Assembly (NCBI GenBank): GCA_002633005.1
Contig: NMRA01000320.1
Location: forward strand, 358,405 to 422,404
Length of the DNA stretch: 64,000 nt
Reading direction: 5' to 3'
Source of the DNA: Phoronis australis
Taxonomy: Eukaryota; Animalia; Phoronida
Position 1 is the first letter of the stretch. The number at the start of each line of letters is the position of its first letter. A program made the position numbers and the translations under genes. Under the pieces are notes generated by a model, which saw nothing but the letters and a program-made list of their open reading frames with translations, made no database searches and was not told where the DNA came from. This document shows positions 25,604-37,910 of the stretch, in pieces.

Positions 25604-28600
25604 ATGGTATGATTTTACTTGCTTATATTTGCGATAAGATAAGGAAATGTAAATGAGCCATTTAGCTGGCAAGATTGTTAAAATGAGTTCTGTAAGAGAC
25701 TTGATTTGAGAACTGCAAAACTCGACATTCGGCTATCGTCGAGTATCGTCTCCTCGTCAGACCTCGTCTCCGTTTCTCAACTACAAAGAATATTCACTGT
25801 TTGCAAGGGAGACACAACGAGTTTAATATTGCCTTTGAATGAAAATTTTACATTTGTAATAACGATTTAGGAGAGGTATGGTTTAATTATTTGACCTTGA
25901 ATCGAAATTTAACCGTTTTTACATTTAGTGGTGATTGCTCAGGTCTCACCACGACAAAATTGATATTTGTATTTAAGTTCTTTTATTAAATCTTAATGCT
26001 AACGACTTTTGCAGCCACCAAAGAGTGGAAAAAAGGGCAAGAAGGGCAAGAAGAAGTCTGCAAAGGCGAAAACACCCACTGTCATCGATGGAATATCAAC
26101 TGATGAAATGTCTAAGGAACAGGTAACGAGTTGTTCCCAATTATTTAATAAGCCCTTATCCCATGTTAAGTTAAGGAACATATAGTTTTGGCAGTATTAT
26201 GATCTGTCATAATTCTGTATAACGCTGTTGTCTTTCATTTATAGAAGCATGGACTTCTGTCATGATTTTTCTGTTATTTATTATAATGTTCATAGGTTGA
26301 GGTGGACAGTTACCTGTGTCTATTTAGCAGTAGAGACATGTGGTACTCCCATAGGGCCTTCATATGCTGGAAGCTTTTCGGCAAATTAGGCCTCATACCG
26401 ATTAAACCATCAAATTCGCGTTGTTATAAATACCTGTTGTGCATAGAGGGACACCTTATGAGGCAGTAGATTTCTTTAATTGCTTCCAACTCGAACAGAT
26501 ATTGAGTCCATAATCAAACTTTTTAGCAATCCTTTGCTCATTTGCCGATGTCAGAAACTGGCCTATTTTACAAGTTGCTTGTTCCGGGAAATGACTCCTA
26601 TACTTATGCTACAAACCGGAGTGAAAACTCAAGATTTCGAGTTTGAAAAATTTCAAGTTCAGACAGTAACTCTTTAGCCTTTATACTGGGGTCATTGAGT
26701 GCAAACTAGGATTAGAAACGTAATCCATGTAAGTCATTATAGAACATAGAATAATAGACACTGACCTTGAGTTTGCACAAAAGTAAAATAAATAATGCCA
26801 AAAAATAATTTCGAGTAAAAATATTAGACCCTCGCCCCTGAAGTGCTAAATTTCAAGTATCAGAATAGCGCTGTGTTATGCATACTTATTAGCTGAGTGA
26901 TTTAAATACCAATATTTTATGTTGGGCACTTATCTTGGTATTTTAGAGCATACCTTTTATATACTACCCTATTAGCCCTAATAATTAGCGCCCAGGGCAC
27001 TTACAAACATTTGTTTTAGGAGGGGGGAGCACTTATTGTAGTCTAAGGCGGTTGAAACTCAGTCTTCGAAACAGGTGAAATCGGAAGCTAGGATTCATCA
27101 AATTTACACTTTGTGACGTATCTGTAGCCTATGACAGACTTTCCACAAAATTGTGATGCATTGCTAACTAACTTCGTTGTTAAATTAGGATCTTTTTTCA
27201 GAAAATTGTGGAGAAATCCCAGGGCGAAAACTCGCTGACTGATGCATCGCTTTCCTCGCGATTGTCGTTAGGGCAACTTGAATTCTTGAATAATAATACA
27301 ATTTCGACTCAACAAATTACATAAAATCCTCCCTGAGGTTTCCAAATAGCATCCCTAAGATTTTTAAGTTTCTGTGGAGTTGGGGTTAACCACAGATTAA
27401 GTCCAAATCTGCGCTAGATCGCACCCCGCAACATGAGAAAGTCTGGACGAACACACATGTTGTTGTCACATGACATTTTTTTGTTTGCGTGCGTGTGCTG
27501 AGTGAACGAAATTCACTCCCATTGATAAGTACACTGTGTCTGTTCTGAAAGCCCAGTCCATAGTGAGACCTCTTCCTCACGAGATCTGCTTGAGTTCTTT
27601 TTGAAGCACTGCGGAAGTTTGAAGTGTATATTAACGGCTAAATACAGACGTAGCAGCAAGGCTCGTCTAGAAATTTGGTGCACAAGGATTTTTTCGGGAT
27701 TGTCGGATCTTATTCATAAATTGAAGATTTTATTGTAAAATTTTAGATTTCTAGGTAAGGCATTTTTCAAATGTTTTCACGTTCATGGGCTGGGCGCTCA
27801 TTTTAGTGTAGTCTGAAAACGCGTACGGGGCGCTTATTGGGGCATGGATGCTTATTGGGGCATGGGCGCTTATTGGGGCATGGGCGCTTATTGGGGCATG
27901 GGTACTTATTGGGGCATGGGCGCATATTGGTTCATGGGCACTTATTTGGGGCATGGGCACTTATTAGGGCAAATACAGTATGTAATAAAGTACTTCCACA
28001 TTGGCTGATAATTGACTTCACTGGAGTCATTCTATTGGCATGAAATTTTAATCTCGACACTTACCAATCACAAGATAGTTTGTGATTGTCCAGCATGTCA
28101 GATATTGGAGAGATTGAGAACACAATAGAGTTTGTTCAATGAGGCTACTAGTTATGCTTAGATCTTAGGAAGTTGATTTGAACATCTTGAATATCAGTCT
28201 GTGACAATGTTCACCCTTTAGTGGGTTTGAACATGGTGGTTCAGTCACTGGACCATTGAACACAGTGCAGTCACTCAATGAAAAAATGTTTTACAGCTGG
28301 AGGAGCACATTGTACGCCTTCGGGAGGAGCTGGACCGCGAAAGAGAGGAGCGGAACTACTTTCAGTTGGAGCGTGACAAGGTGAACACGTTCTGGGAGAT
28401 CACAAAGCGACAGTTAGAGGAGAAAAAAGCAGAGTTACGTAACAAGGACCGTGAGATGGAGGACGCAGAAGAGAGGCATCAGATAGAAATAAAGGTGACG
28501 AAAGATAACCCTACTAGCAATCACAGTATCAACGAGGGCAATTTTCAATGGGGAGAAATGTACCTTTTGCAAAATTATGCCGGCACGAAGTTGTCCATTT

Positions 28601-31600
28601 TCTGCTGTTTTGTGACCACTAGGTTACGTGGAAGTTAAAACCTCTGTGATAATACGTGTGAAACGATGGAAATATCTTTCATGAGTCATGCCTTTTGTTT
28701 TGAATCGAAACATTATTATTATCAATGCAGCTTCTGTAAAATCTGAAACGTGTGGGTTTGAAATAATTCATTCCAATGCTTATCGTTCTCTGAGTTACCA
28801 TTCTTGTTAGAAATTATTGATATTGTACTAACAGGCCTCTGTTCAAACAGATTGCTCCATATAAGGGAATTTTAGTATTTCCTGTGATAAAATTTCACCA
28901 AGTGTTGTTTCATATCAGCTGTGCAGTAAAGCTAGCGTCAATGATGATTATTTTCGTTGAGAAATTTGGCAATATAATAATTTATGTTCTTTTGTGCTGC
29001 AAAAATGAAAAGTTCTTATTTCACTCTCAGATTTCTCGCCAAGTTTAACTAATTTGAGTTGATTTCTTGCAGGTTTACAAGCAGAAAGTCAAGCACTTGT
29101 TGTATGAGCACCAGAACAATATCTCTGAGTTGAAGGCAGAAAGCACCGTAGCCCTGAAACTTGCCCAGGATGAAAACAGACACAATGAAGGCGATCTGCG
29201 CAAGGATAAACGGGGACTTAAAGTGGAACTCAAGGAACAAGAACTAGCCCATGAGGATATTATTAAAAACTTGAAAAAGGTTTGTTTTGTGTTGTTTTTT
29301 TATGACCATATTTGAGTAGCTATCCCTCATTCAAATACATTGTTTTGACGGTTGAAATGTTATGAGCATTCAACGAGTTAGCTCGTATGACATCTCAAAC
29401 AAAATCTGTTTGATGTATCTCTTGATACCTTATTGTATAATATCAATGTGATGTGACATTCATTTGTAACCTATCGTTGGGTGTCATTGTTATTGGACAT
29501 ACAACAGATACATGTAATTGATACGAGAACAACACTAAGAGACAGCAGTGTGGCTCAGTGGTTTGAGCTCCGGACTCACGTTTTAGAGAACCGGGTTTGA
29601 ATCCTGGCCGCACTGGCAGACAATCGAGCATAGCACAAATGTGTCTCCTACTCCTCTGTCTTACTGGTGAATGTGTACAAGGGTGTGAATGCGGACCTGG
29701 ATATAAAGCGAAAGCAATTTCTGGGGCTGTGTTCATATTTTTTGAGGACATTCACTGCATCTACTGTAGTTCCGTGCTGATTACACTCATGAATTTCTGT
29801 TTGTCAATCTTTCTTTGAGTCATCATAATAAGTTAACGATTCCATTAACATTGTTTCCACCAAAAAGACCACTAACGGCAATGAGATTAGTCTCAACTGG
29901 TTCTTAATTGTCACATGAAAAGTCTTTTCTGGGTTTGCAAAGCACTGACAGTTTGTTAGTTCTTGTGACCATGCTTGGCACACCGTGACAAGCCAAGTTG
30001 CAGAGTCTGGTGTCAAGCAATAATGAACTGTAAGAGTTCTTGTGACCATGCTTGGCACACTGTGACAAGCCAAGTTGCAGAGTCTGGTGTCAAGCAATAA
30101 TGAACTGTCAGAGTTCTTTCTAAGCAGCTGAAATCACCATCAATTGGAACTATTTGAGACCAATTTCATACGGTTGACGATCTAATTTGAAAGTTATATA
30201 TTTTTGTGACTGAAGGCGATTTTATTACCGCCTTAATTAGCAATGGCGGATTTAAGGGAGGTCTAAGGGGGCCATGGCCCCCCTAAAATTCTCCCAAATA
30301 CCATTTGGCAGTTCGGGGGTTCGAATGTCTGACGAGCAAAATTCTGGCTAATTCTCTGCCTTGCCCCCCCCACCCCAACTCAAAATTCTGGATCCGCCCC
30401 TGATTAGGACTGTCACCGTCTGACACTAAACTGGTTATATTCATAGTTGAATCATAGCATTTAGTGCCTTTGTCATGTACACACACATACACACCAAGGA
30501 GACGGGCCAAGCTGAGAATCAGTTCTTGGTTATTTGGACCGTCTTGCACCATGTGTGGTGCTAATAATTGAGTGTGACGGAAATTGTTTACCTTTTATGT
30601 CCTCGTGAATTCATGACTACGTTTAAGTTAGATTTCTGGGTGACAGCAATGTGGTTAACAGTTACCAATTCATTAAGACATACACAAAAATATAATACAA
30701 TAAAATTATATCTGGGCTTTAGACAATGTGGTCTCACGTCAAAATATAAGGAATGGTGTTCTAGCACCTTAAAATGTGTGACTAGCTTGGTGAACTGTAA
30801 TGTTTTGGCTATGAAAAGATTATATTAAATCTTTGAGGCAATGTTGACCTATACTGCCTGTTCTACTTCAGACTCACGATGAAGAAGTTACACAGCTGCG
30901 CTTAGACTTTGAACGCGAGGCGCGTGAGATAGAATCCAAATATGAGCGGAAAATGAGAACACTTCGCGATGAGCTTGATCTTCGACGGAAAACAGAAATC
31001 CACGAAATTGAGGAGAGGAAGAACGGACAAATCAACACTCTGATGAAGAATCATGAAAAGGCATTCAGCGATATAAAGAACTACTACAACGATATCACAC
31101 TCAATAACTTGGCACTCATCAACACTCTCAAGGTGGGTATCGTGTCATCAAGTCAGTTTCGTACCAGTTTACTGTTGACAGTGCCTGTTTTTCATTTAAA
31201 CATTCTTTAAGATGCTATCGAGTGGCAGATGTTGTATTGTGTTTTGTGTTACAGCAGTGCAAAACATGGCCATGTATAGGGATCTGTTGCCAGTAATGTT
31301 GCATGAAACAGTCCCACACAGGGACTCAACTGATCTGTGGCCAGTAACGTTCCACAGTCCCACATATGGACTCAACTGATCTGTGGCCAGTAACGTTGCA
31401 TGAAGCAGTCCCTCATAGGGACTCAACTAAGATTCTAAATGTACTGCATATTTTCGTGCTTTTAAAAACATTAAATGTTCTGTCATATGCTATTTGAGTA
31501 TCATTACTATGGCATTTTTTTGGCTTTGATAGATATCGAGAATGAACTCACGTTGAATTCTCAATATTATTGACAAAAGGTAGGAATCTTTTCAGGCAAC

Positions 31601-34600
31601 GCCCCTAATTATTTTGACTGAATTGAGGGCTCAGTATTAAGTTATTTTATTACCAAATCTCATTAGTCAAAGAGGAGCTCATAATAAGGATAAAATGATA
31701 GAAAAAATATTACATCTGTGTGTAAAGACCAAAACTAATATGCAAAAGATCTAGGGAACACGGTTGAGTCCCCATTTGAGACTAATTCATGCAACCGGTC
31801 ACCTAACTCCAGTGTACCTCACTACATCAGTTCCTGGTGATTTTCACAATCAAGTGTGAAATCTAATATTTACATGATACACTAGTGACCAATGACATTT
31901 TATGTGATATTAGATAGTCCATGCATATACCCGAAACCTTACTTTTAGTAAATCCCCAACTGGTGTATAGCTTGTTGTCGTGACATGTTTTGGTTTGGTT
32001 CAAGCTCATCAAACATTGTAAGACTGCCTTTTTCAGAAAAGCTTCAGCGTTTGGTTTGTCTGTCCTCATTTACAATGATTATTTTGAAAGTAACACATGG
32101 CGCTTGTGTTGGATGCTTGTTTTTAGTACGATCTAGTACTTTTCCTTCTTAATATATCGTCATCAGAGCAAAGAAATTTGTCGGCAAAGGTAAAAAGTTT
32201 CCAGTTTGCCCTGGTGTTGAATTAGCCTGCAACTGAGTATTCCGATGAATTATGCAAAAATCAAATGAAAAAACAAAAGACTCTCTTACGGTGTGGTTCA
32301 ACCCAAGTCTTTGTTCTCATCCAGGAACAAGTCGAGGAGATGAAGAAAAAAGAAGAGCGAATGGAAAAGCAAATGGCAGAGATCATGGCAGAGAACAAAC
32401 GACTGGTGGAGCCACTGAAGAAGGCTCGTGAAGAGGTGGAAGAACTTCAGAAACAACTGGCTAACTATGAGAAGGACAAGCAGTCATTAGCAGTGAGTGT
32501 TTTGATGTCGGTCTGCCACTGAGGCATTGGTGACATAGACCCACACTGTGTATGTAGAGCTGTGCACATGCAGTCACTGTCGGTGAATGGTATGAGGGCA
32601 TTTTGCCTCTGAGACAATTAAAAGGTTGGCTTAGACCTGCACTTGGTCCATATAGAACAATGCACAGTCTCTTTTTAGGAATGGTGTGAGGGGCATTCTA
32701 CCTTTTTGGTTGGGTCTTCTCAGAGGACTATAGTTCCTTTTTGTGTTGGCTCCACTCAGAAGTGTTTTAACATCCCATACAATGCATTGATTTTGGGACA
32801 TCGCTACTGCTTTTCCCATTTAAATTGCGTTGTTATTGGTCATTTGATGAGGAGATACGAATGTCTTTTGAGGTGTCAAATCATAAACTGACTGCATGAA
32901 TTTGATTGTATTGACATTTTCGCCATGTTCTCATGATATTTTGTATTTTGAATGTTATTAATCTCTGCAGAATGCCAAAGCCAGGCTAAGAGTAATGGAT
33001 GAAGAAATGAAGGCACTGCAATGGGAACATGAAGTACTGACGCAGAGGTTTGAAAAGGTACACGCTTTGTTGAAGTCTTTTTAACAATACTCTGATTGGT
33101 CAAATATAACCAGCCCATTTCTTATCTTTGCCTTTGGTGGCAAGCGAGTGATTAGTGAGGTGTCTGGCAATAGTGCTTTGCCAATTCTTTCCACGGGCAG
33201 AAATCACATCTTATCTGTGTAAGGTATGCAATGAGATCAGTTTTATTGTGGCAAGGGATCTTGTGGTTTTTGACATCAAAAATCACAAGTCGGGTACATT
33301 TGGGTCTTTCTGTTACTATTGTAATTTAGTCCAATCACTAAATTTTAAAATTGGGGCTTGTTTTTGCTGATGCGTTGGCCACATGAAGCTCCTGACTTTC
33401 AGATGCAATGCCAGAAAAATGGTCATATTGGCTGACACTTAGCGATTATCATGATATTGCTGGGAGTGCAGGTGTCAAAAATCTCCAATCTGTACAACTG
33501 ATCTGATGAAAAATCACATGGTCGTGCTAGGTGTTGACTGTTTTTGGCCGAGTATCACCTGAGATGTTACCAAGGCATTAGGCTATATATAGAAGAGTCC
33601 GTCATATAGCCCTCTGTCATGCATGAAATTTCTTTGAAATAACTTAATCCTAACTTGAAATCGATGTTTTGTCTAAATGATGCTAACTTCAGCTGAGCTC
33701 ACTGTAGCAAAAGCATTGATTTGTTTTATGATCTGAGTAAATTTAGTAGTCATCACACTGCAGTGTGGAGACTGACAAAATGCTGTAGATTGTCCGTTGC
33801 AACTTGTCAAGTGAAGTGGTATTTCCCGATAACGCCACTACCTAGCTCCTGTATTGGTTTAGGTAATTATACTACGTACACGTTGGTACGCTCCAGCAAT
33901 AAGTGTCACGCGTCAGTAAGAAGGGTATTGTTTGATCACGTGAAATGGTTATTACATTGGAAAGAAAATTAAGCGGGCGAAGAAATATGGATTAAATACT
34001 TAATTTTTAGTATGAATATGTTAAATTACAGACATTTTCCTGATAGGGATCCCGGAGTCCTAAATAGAAACTAAATAGATAGATTGACGGATAGTTAAAT
34101 TTATTTGGCAAATCTCACGTAAAATATGAAGTACGGAGTAAACTTACAAAGGTAAATAAAATACTGAGCCTTCATATACTGTGTGTCCAAAATGGCAGAA
34201 AATGGCTGTGGTGGGTTGTATGTTCTGAATCATTTCCAAACCTTTCTTCTAGGTGCAAGCCGAGCGCGACGAGCTGTACAAGAAGTTTGTCAAAGCCATT
34301 CACGAGGTGCAGCAGAAGAGTAACTTCAAGAACTTGCTGCTCGAGAAGAAGCTGAGTGCCTTGGCTGACACATTGGAGAAGAAAGAGGCCCAACTCAATG
34401 AGGTGCTGTCTGCGTCCAACCTCGACCCGACTGCGCTCACTGTAGTCACACGCAAGTTGGAGGACGTGCTGGACTCAAAGAACAGCGCCATTAAGGATCT
34501 ACAATACGAACTGGCTCGTGTCTGCAAGGTAAGGCTGACATTACACTGGTACTGTGGTATGAGCTGTGCAATTGCTACATTGAAGAAGCACTAAAGCGGA

Positions 34601-35743
34601 TTGTCTGTTAAATTGTTTGGGGTCACGTTCAGTTGGACAGAACTATGTTCAAATTTGTGCCAGACATGTGGCCAGGAGAAGTGTTGGGATATTGTCTGGC
34701 ATTTTTCCTTCCAGCAAATTTTGGGAATGGTAGTCAGGGTAACAAATATTTTTTTCTTCTTCAAAAGGTTGACTAACATGGTTGCTATCAATACAGCTCA
34801 TTTCACAAAACTGTTGTTATTAAGCCCTTTAAGAAGGCAAAGAATGCCCATGTAGGCCTTAGTTCTTGTCAATACCCAAAACATTGACNNNNNNNNNNNN
34901 NNNNNNNNNNNNNNNNNNNNNNNNNNNNNNNNNNNNNNNNNNNNNNNNNNNNNNNNNNNNNNNNNNNNNNNNNNNNNATAGTGTTCCTGTATCCACAACT
35001 GTCTTAGTGTTCCTGTATCCACAACTGTCTTAATAGTGTTCCTGTATCCACAACTGTCTTAGTGTTCCTGTATCCACAACTGTCTTCGAACTTGGTTTTC
35101 ATTTCCTGACCACCATCCATTCTGATTAATTTGTAAAATCCACAGTTACAAGAAAGGTGTCTCCATGTCGGAACATGCCCCATAACACACACAGTAGTCT
35201 TTCAGGACCAGGAGGATAGATTGATCTGTTATACACACAAGCACTATCTTTGCTTTAAGTACAAAACAACAGTTTAATCTACTATGTAATTGTTCTAAAG
35301 CTCGTGTCTGAGGTTCTGTTTATCAAACAGGACTCATGGGTAATTTAAAACACGTCAGTTGTGAATTTTATTGTTTTAATGTGTGACCAATGACTTCATC
35401 CAAGCTTATTTATATAAGTACTGAAAAAATGCAAAACCAAAATTTTAGTCAAGCACAAGCTAAAACCATCCGTCTCCGTGCTTGTTTTGGACTTACTATT
35501 CTTGGTAATTAGGCACTGTTTCCAATAATTTTTATTTGATACAACACCCAATACTGTTCTTTTGTCTTAAGTTTCAAGTCTTGCTTTTTTCAGGCCCATA
35601 ATGACCTATTAAGGACTTACGAAGCTAAGCTGATGGCGTTTGGTATACCCACTGAGGAATTAGGCTTCAAGGCCCTGGAGAGCACCGTAGGGGGCCAGTC
35701 TTTAGGCCAGGGTCCTGCTGGGCTGGTCTCTGCCCCTACATAA
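25604..35743 (+). CDS. GAS8: Dynein regulatory complex subunit 4 (growth arrest-specific 8), 9 coding exons, 485 aa
   Basis: Exons are 25604-25606 (ATG only), 26015-26122, 28297-28494, 29073-29279, 30872-31132, 32325-32492, 32971-33057, 34253-34528 and 35594-35743; all introns are GT-AG, phase 0. Diagnostic peptides: [67 protein letters not shown]. Confidence 0.96.
26015..26122 (+). CDS. GAS8: GAS8 exon 2 ([14 protein letters not shown]...EMSKEQ)
   Basis: Boundaries ttttgcag| and |gtaacg; 36 codons; basic N-terminus. Confidence 0.9.
26965..27980. mobile_element. Tc1/mariner (Tigger/pogo-like) non-autonomous element with an 18-bp subterminal array
   Basis: Ends taccctattagccctaataa / ttattagggcaaatacagta (TA flanks). 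About 7 copies of gggcgcttattggggcat at 27828-27965. Confidence 0.7.
28297..28494 (+). CDS. GAS8: GAS8 exon 3
   Basis: ttacag|[28 protein letters not shown]...HQIEIK|gtgacg. Confidence 0.95.
29073..29279 (+). CDS. GAS8: GAS8 exon 4
   Basis: ttgcag|[14 protein letters not shown]...IIKNLKK|gtttgt. Confidence 0.95.
29540..29725 (+). mobile_element. tRNA-derived SINE
   Basis: Pol III A box tggctcagtgg and B box ggtttgaatcc at tRNA spacing, followed by a non-tRNA body; no full cloverleaf. Confidence 0.6.
29958..30118. repeat. ~77-bp tandem duplication
   Basis: agttcttgtgaccatgcttggcacac...caagcaataatgaactgt occurs twice. Confidence 0.9.
30241..30402. mobile_element. CAG-family MITE (hAT5-like)
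   Basis: caatggcggat...atccgcccctg; TSD attag/attag. Confidence 0.85.
30872..31132 (+). CDS. GAS8: GAS8 exon 5
   Basis: cttcag|[10 protein letters not shown]...[10 protein letters not shown]|gtgggt. Confidence 0.95.
31281..31800. mobile_element. MITE related to 24558-24976 with a triplicated left end
   Basis: Three tandem gatctgt.gccagtaa.gtt(gcatgaa)..cagtccc.ca.a.ggactcaact units. The right end gttgagtcccc...ttcatgcaaccgg is their inverse. Confidence 0.6.
32325..32492 (+). CDS. GAS8: GAS8 exon 6
   Basis: atccag|[10 protein letters not shown]...YEKDKQSLA|gtgagt. Confidence 0.95.
32971..33057 (+). CDS. GAS8: GAS8 exon 7
   Basis: ctgcag|[29 protein letters not shown]|gtacac. Confidence 0.93.
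34253..34528 (+). CDS. GAS8: GAS8 exon 8
   Basis: ttctag|VQAERDELY...ELARVCK|gtaagg. Confidence 0.95.
34889..35086. repeat. Assembly gap (89 N) followed by a 26-bp minisatellite (4 visible copies)
   Basis: N run at 34889-34977; the unit tagtgttcctgtatccacaactgtct begins at the gap edge. Confidence 0.9.
35594..35743 (+). CDS. GAS8: GAS8 exon 9 (terminal)
   Basis: tttcag|[13 protein letters not shown]...[12 protein letters not shown]; AATAAA signals follow at 35878 and 36106. Confidence 0.95.
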   Translation, partial: AHNDLLRTYEAKLMAFGIPTEELGFKALESTVGGQSLGQGPAGLVSAPT

Positions 35744-36227
35744 TCTTCAATGTGACAAATAATTTATCTTGTGGTGTAACTTTAAAGTACGATTTGGCCA
35801 AACATATTTGAACTGATAACTGTGTATAAATTGTAAATCTAATGAATTTATGGTCTTAAGCTGTGAAGCAATAATGAAATAAACCATCTGATTAAATTTG
35901 AGTTGTTAAGATACCCAGCTCAATACTCATGTATCACTTTTCTGGATTTGATAGGTGCAGTAATCATGAAAATATTTCCATAGCAAAATTTTCCAATTAG
36001 TTATCACCTCATAATGTAATTGTAACAGTCGTTGTACATACTACCACCTCAAGTCTGTATGTATAAGTGTACATATCTATAAATAGTGTATATCTGATGT
36101 TTCTTAATAAATGTTTTAATTTATAAAAATCTGGTTTAATTACGTTGGTGATAGCTATGATCGATCATCAGTAGCCAGACATTCATTCACCAAAAATGCA
36201 ACCTTTGCGTGATAGGATGGTGGTTAG

Positions 36228-36380
36228 AAGTGGCAGATTTGGAGGGGGTCAAGGGGGCCACGCCTCCCCCCCCCAAATTATCCCAGATTCCATTTGGCAG
36301 TTTGGGGGTGTATGACGGGCAAAATCCTGGCTAATACTCTGCCCTGGCCCCCCTTAATCAAAATCTTGGATCTGCCTTTG
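36228..36380. mobile_element. CAG-family MITE (hAT5-like)
   Basis: aagtggcagattt...ggatctgcctttg; TSD gttag/gttag. Confidence 0.8.
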
Positions 36381-37102
36381 GTTAGTGGTCTTCACTTTGT
36401 GACCAAAGACACTGAGCCCAGTACAGTACTCAAGCTGAATAAATGATGCAGCTTTATTTTGACTGCGAACATCAAAATGAAGGTGTAAGAGTGACTGCAC
36501 GGATATATGGAGAACTCAAACTATCTTTTAAGTACTAATTCGGAACTTAAGGAATTTGGTATGGGCGTCGCTATAAACATGGTTCTTCTTCAGGGACAAA
36601 ATTCCTTTCCGTCGCTCCACTGGTCTATGGGCGATTCGCCAGAGGGGGGCTGGGAGGCTATAGCCCCGCACATTTTTCAGTGCAGCGCCGCCCATGCACC
36701 TTTCCAGCTTCACTAGGGGGTTAATGATAATCTCTCACAAGCCGGCCGCGCGTTGCCATGACCATCCGATGTTGTTCTCTCTTCCGCTCAGTTCTTTTCT
36801 CATCAAGTACTTGTGTTGTATTTTTCCGAACATTTTTTTCTTAAAAACCACATTTATTTGTCTGACAAGAAACAACTAGAGATGTGGGGTACATGCACGT
36901 GAGATGAACTGTAGCACCTCAAAAAAGAGCTAGCCTACATGTATATTTTTAAACAGACTCTGTAGTACGTTTTTGTGGACGAAAAAAGGTTTCTGAATTG
37001 TTCAACAAATGTTTTAACAAAATAATGAACAGCATGGCTAAAACAGCACTACGCCAAAATCACACGACATCGTATAACAAAGGTTACATCATCAGACAGT
37101 AG

Positions 37103-37262
37103 CAGTGGCGGATTTAGAGGGGAGCCAAGGGGGCCATAGCCCCCCCAAAGTTATCCCACATTCCAGGATTTGTCAGTTCGGGGTGTGAACGTCTGAAAGG
37201 CAAAATCCTGGCTAATACTCTGCCCTGGCTCCCCCTAACTCAAAATCCTGTATCCGCTCTTG
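37103..37262. mobile_element. CAG-family MITE (hAT5-like); duplicate at 39800-39959
   Basis: cagtggcggat...atccgctcttg; TSD agtag/agtag. Confidence 0.85.
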
Positions 37263-37639
37263 AGTAGACACCCACAGTTGTACGTGAATTGGCCTGCCGC
37301 ACTTGGAATAGGGTTCAACAATTATACTGATGATCACGTAGTTGTCTTACTTTGCGTGAATACATTTGCGGTTAAACACAAACGGAAGAAGTATGGTTGG
37401 CGAAATGGAATACGTGCGTAAATTATTTCTTGTTAGTGGCATAAATTGATTATTAACGTCGTAAGTTCAAGTTAATTACATCTCAATTTACGTGCGTAAC
37501 GTGCACCCATTTAACCGGTGATAAATTTACGCCGTAAAGAATTATTTTACGCCGTCAAAAGTAAGTTAATTTACGCCTTTACTAATTAATTTCTGCCACT
37601 AAAGAGAATTAATTTACGCCCATAATTTGCATGCTTCAA

Positions 37640-37910
37640 TCATTCTAAGTCTGTGCGTAAATGGGAAACAGAGTTAGGAGACAGTTTGGATTGGAAGAAA
37701 ATATACGCATTACCTTATGAGATTACAAAGGATCCCAATATTAGATGGTTCCAATTTAGAATATTACACAGGATTATTGCAACAAATAGTTTTTAAGTCA
37801 AAATTCAAGTTCGGGATTCTAATTTATGTTTATTTGTAATAAAGTTCCCTAGACGCTGTCACACCTTTTTTAGGAATGTCGCTCTGTACAAAATTTTTGG
37901 AAGGAATTCA
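37640..37910 (+). mobile_element. LINE (L1/Tx1-like) zf-RVT fragment
   Basis: KWETELG...W..IY..PY.IT.D..IRWFQFRILHRIIATN, followed by a decayed C..C...H.F..C motif. Confidence 0.7.

Noticed and set aside
27751-28043. HAPISA / LLGHG repeat ORFs
   Set aside because: These come from the 18-bp subterminal repeats of a Tigger-like MITE in a GAS8 intron.
29540-29612. Possible tRNA gene
   Set aside because: A and B boxes are present, but there is no proper acceptor stem or cloverleaf and the sequence continues into a SINE-like body.
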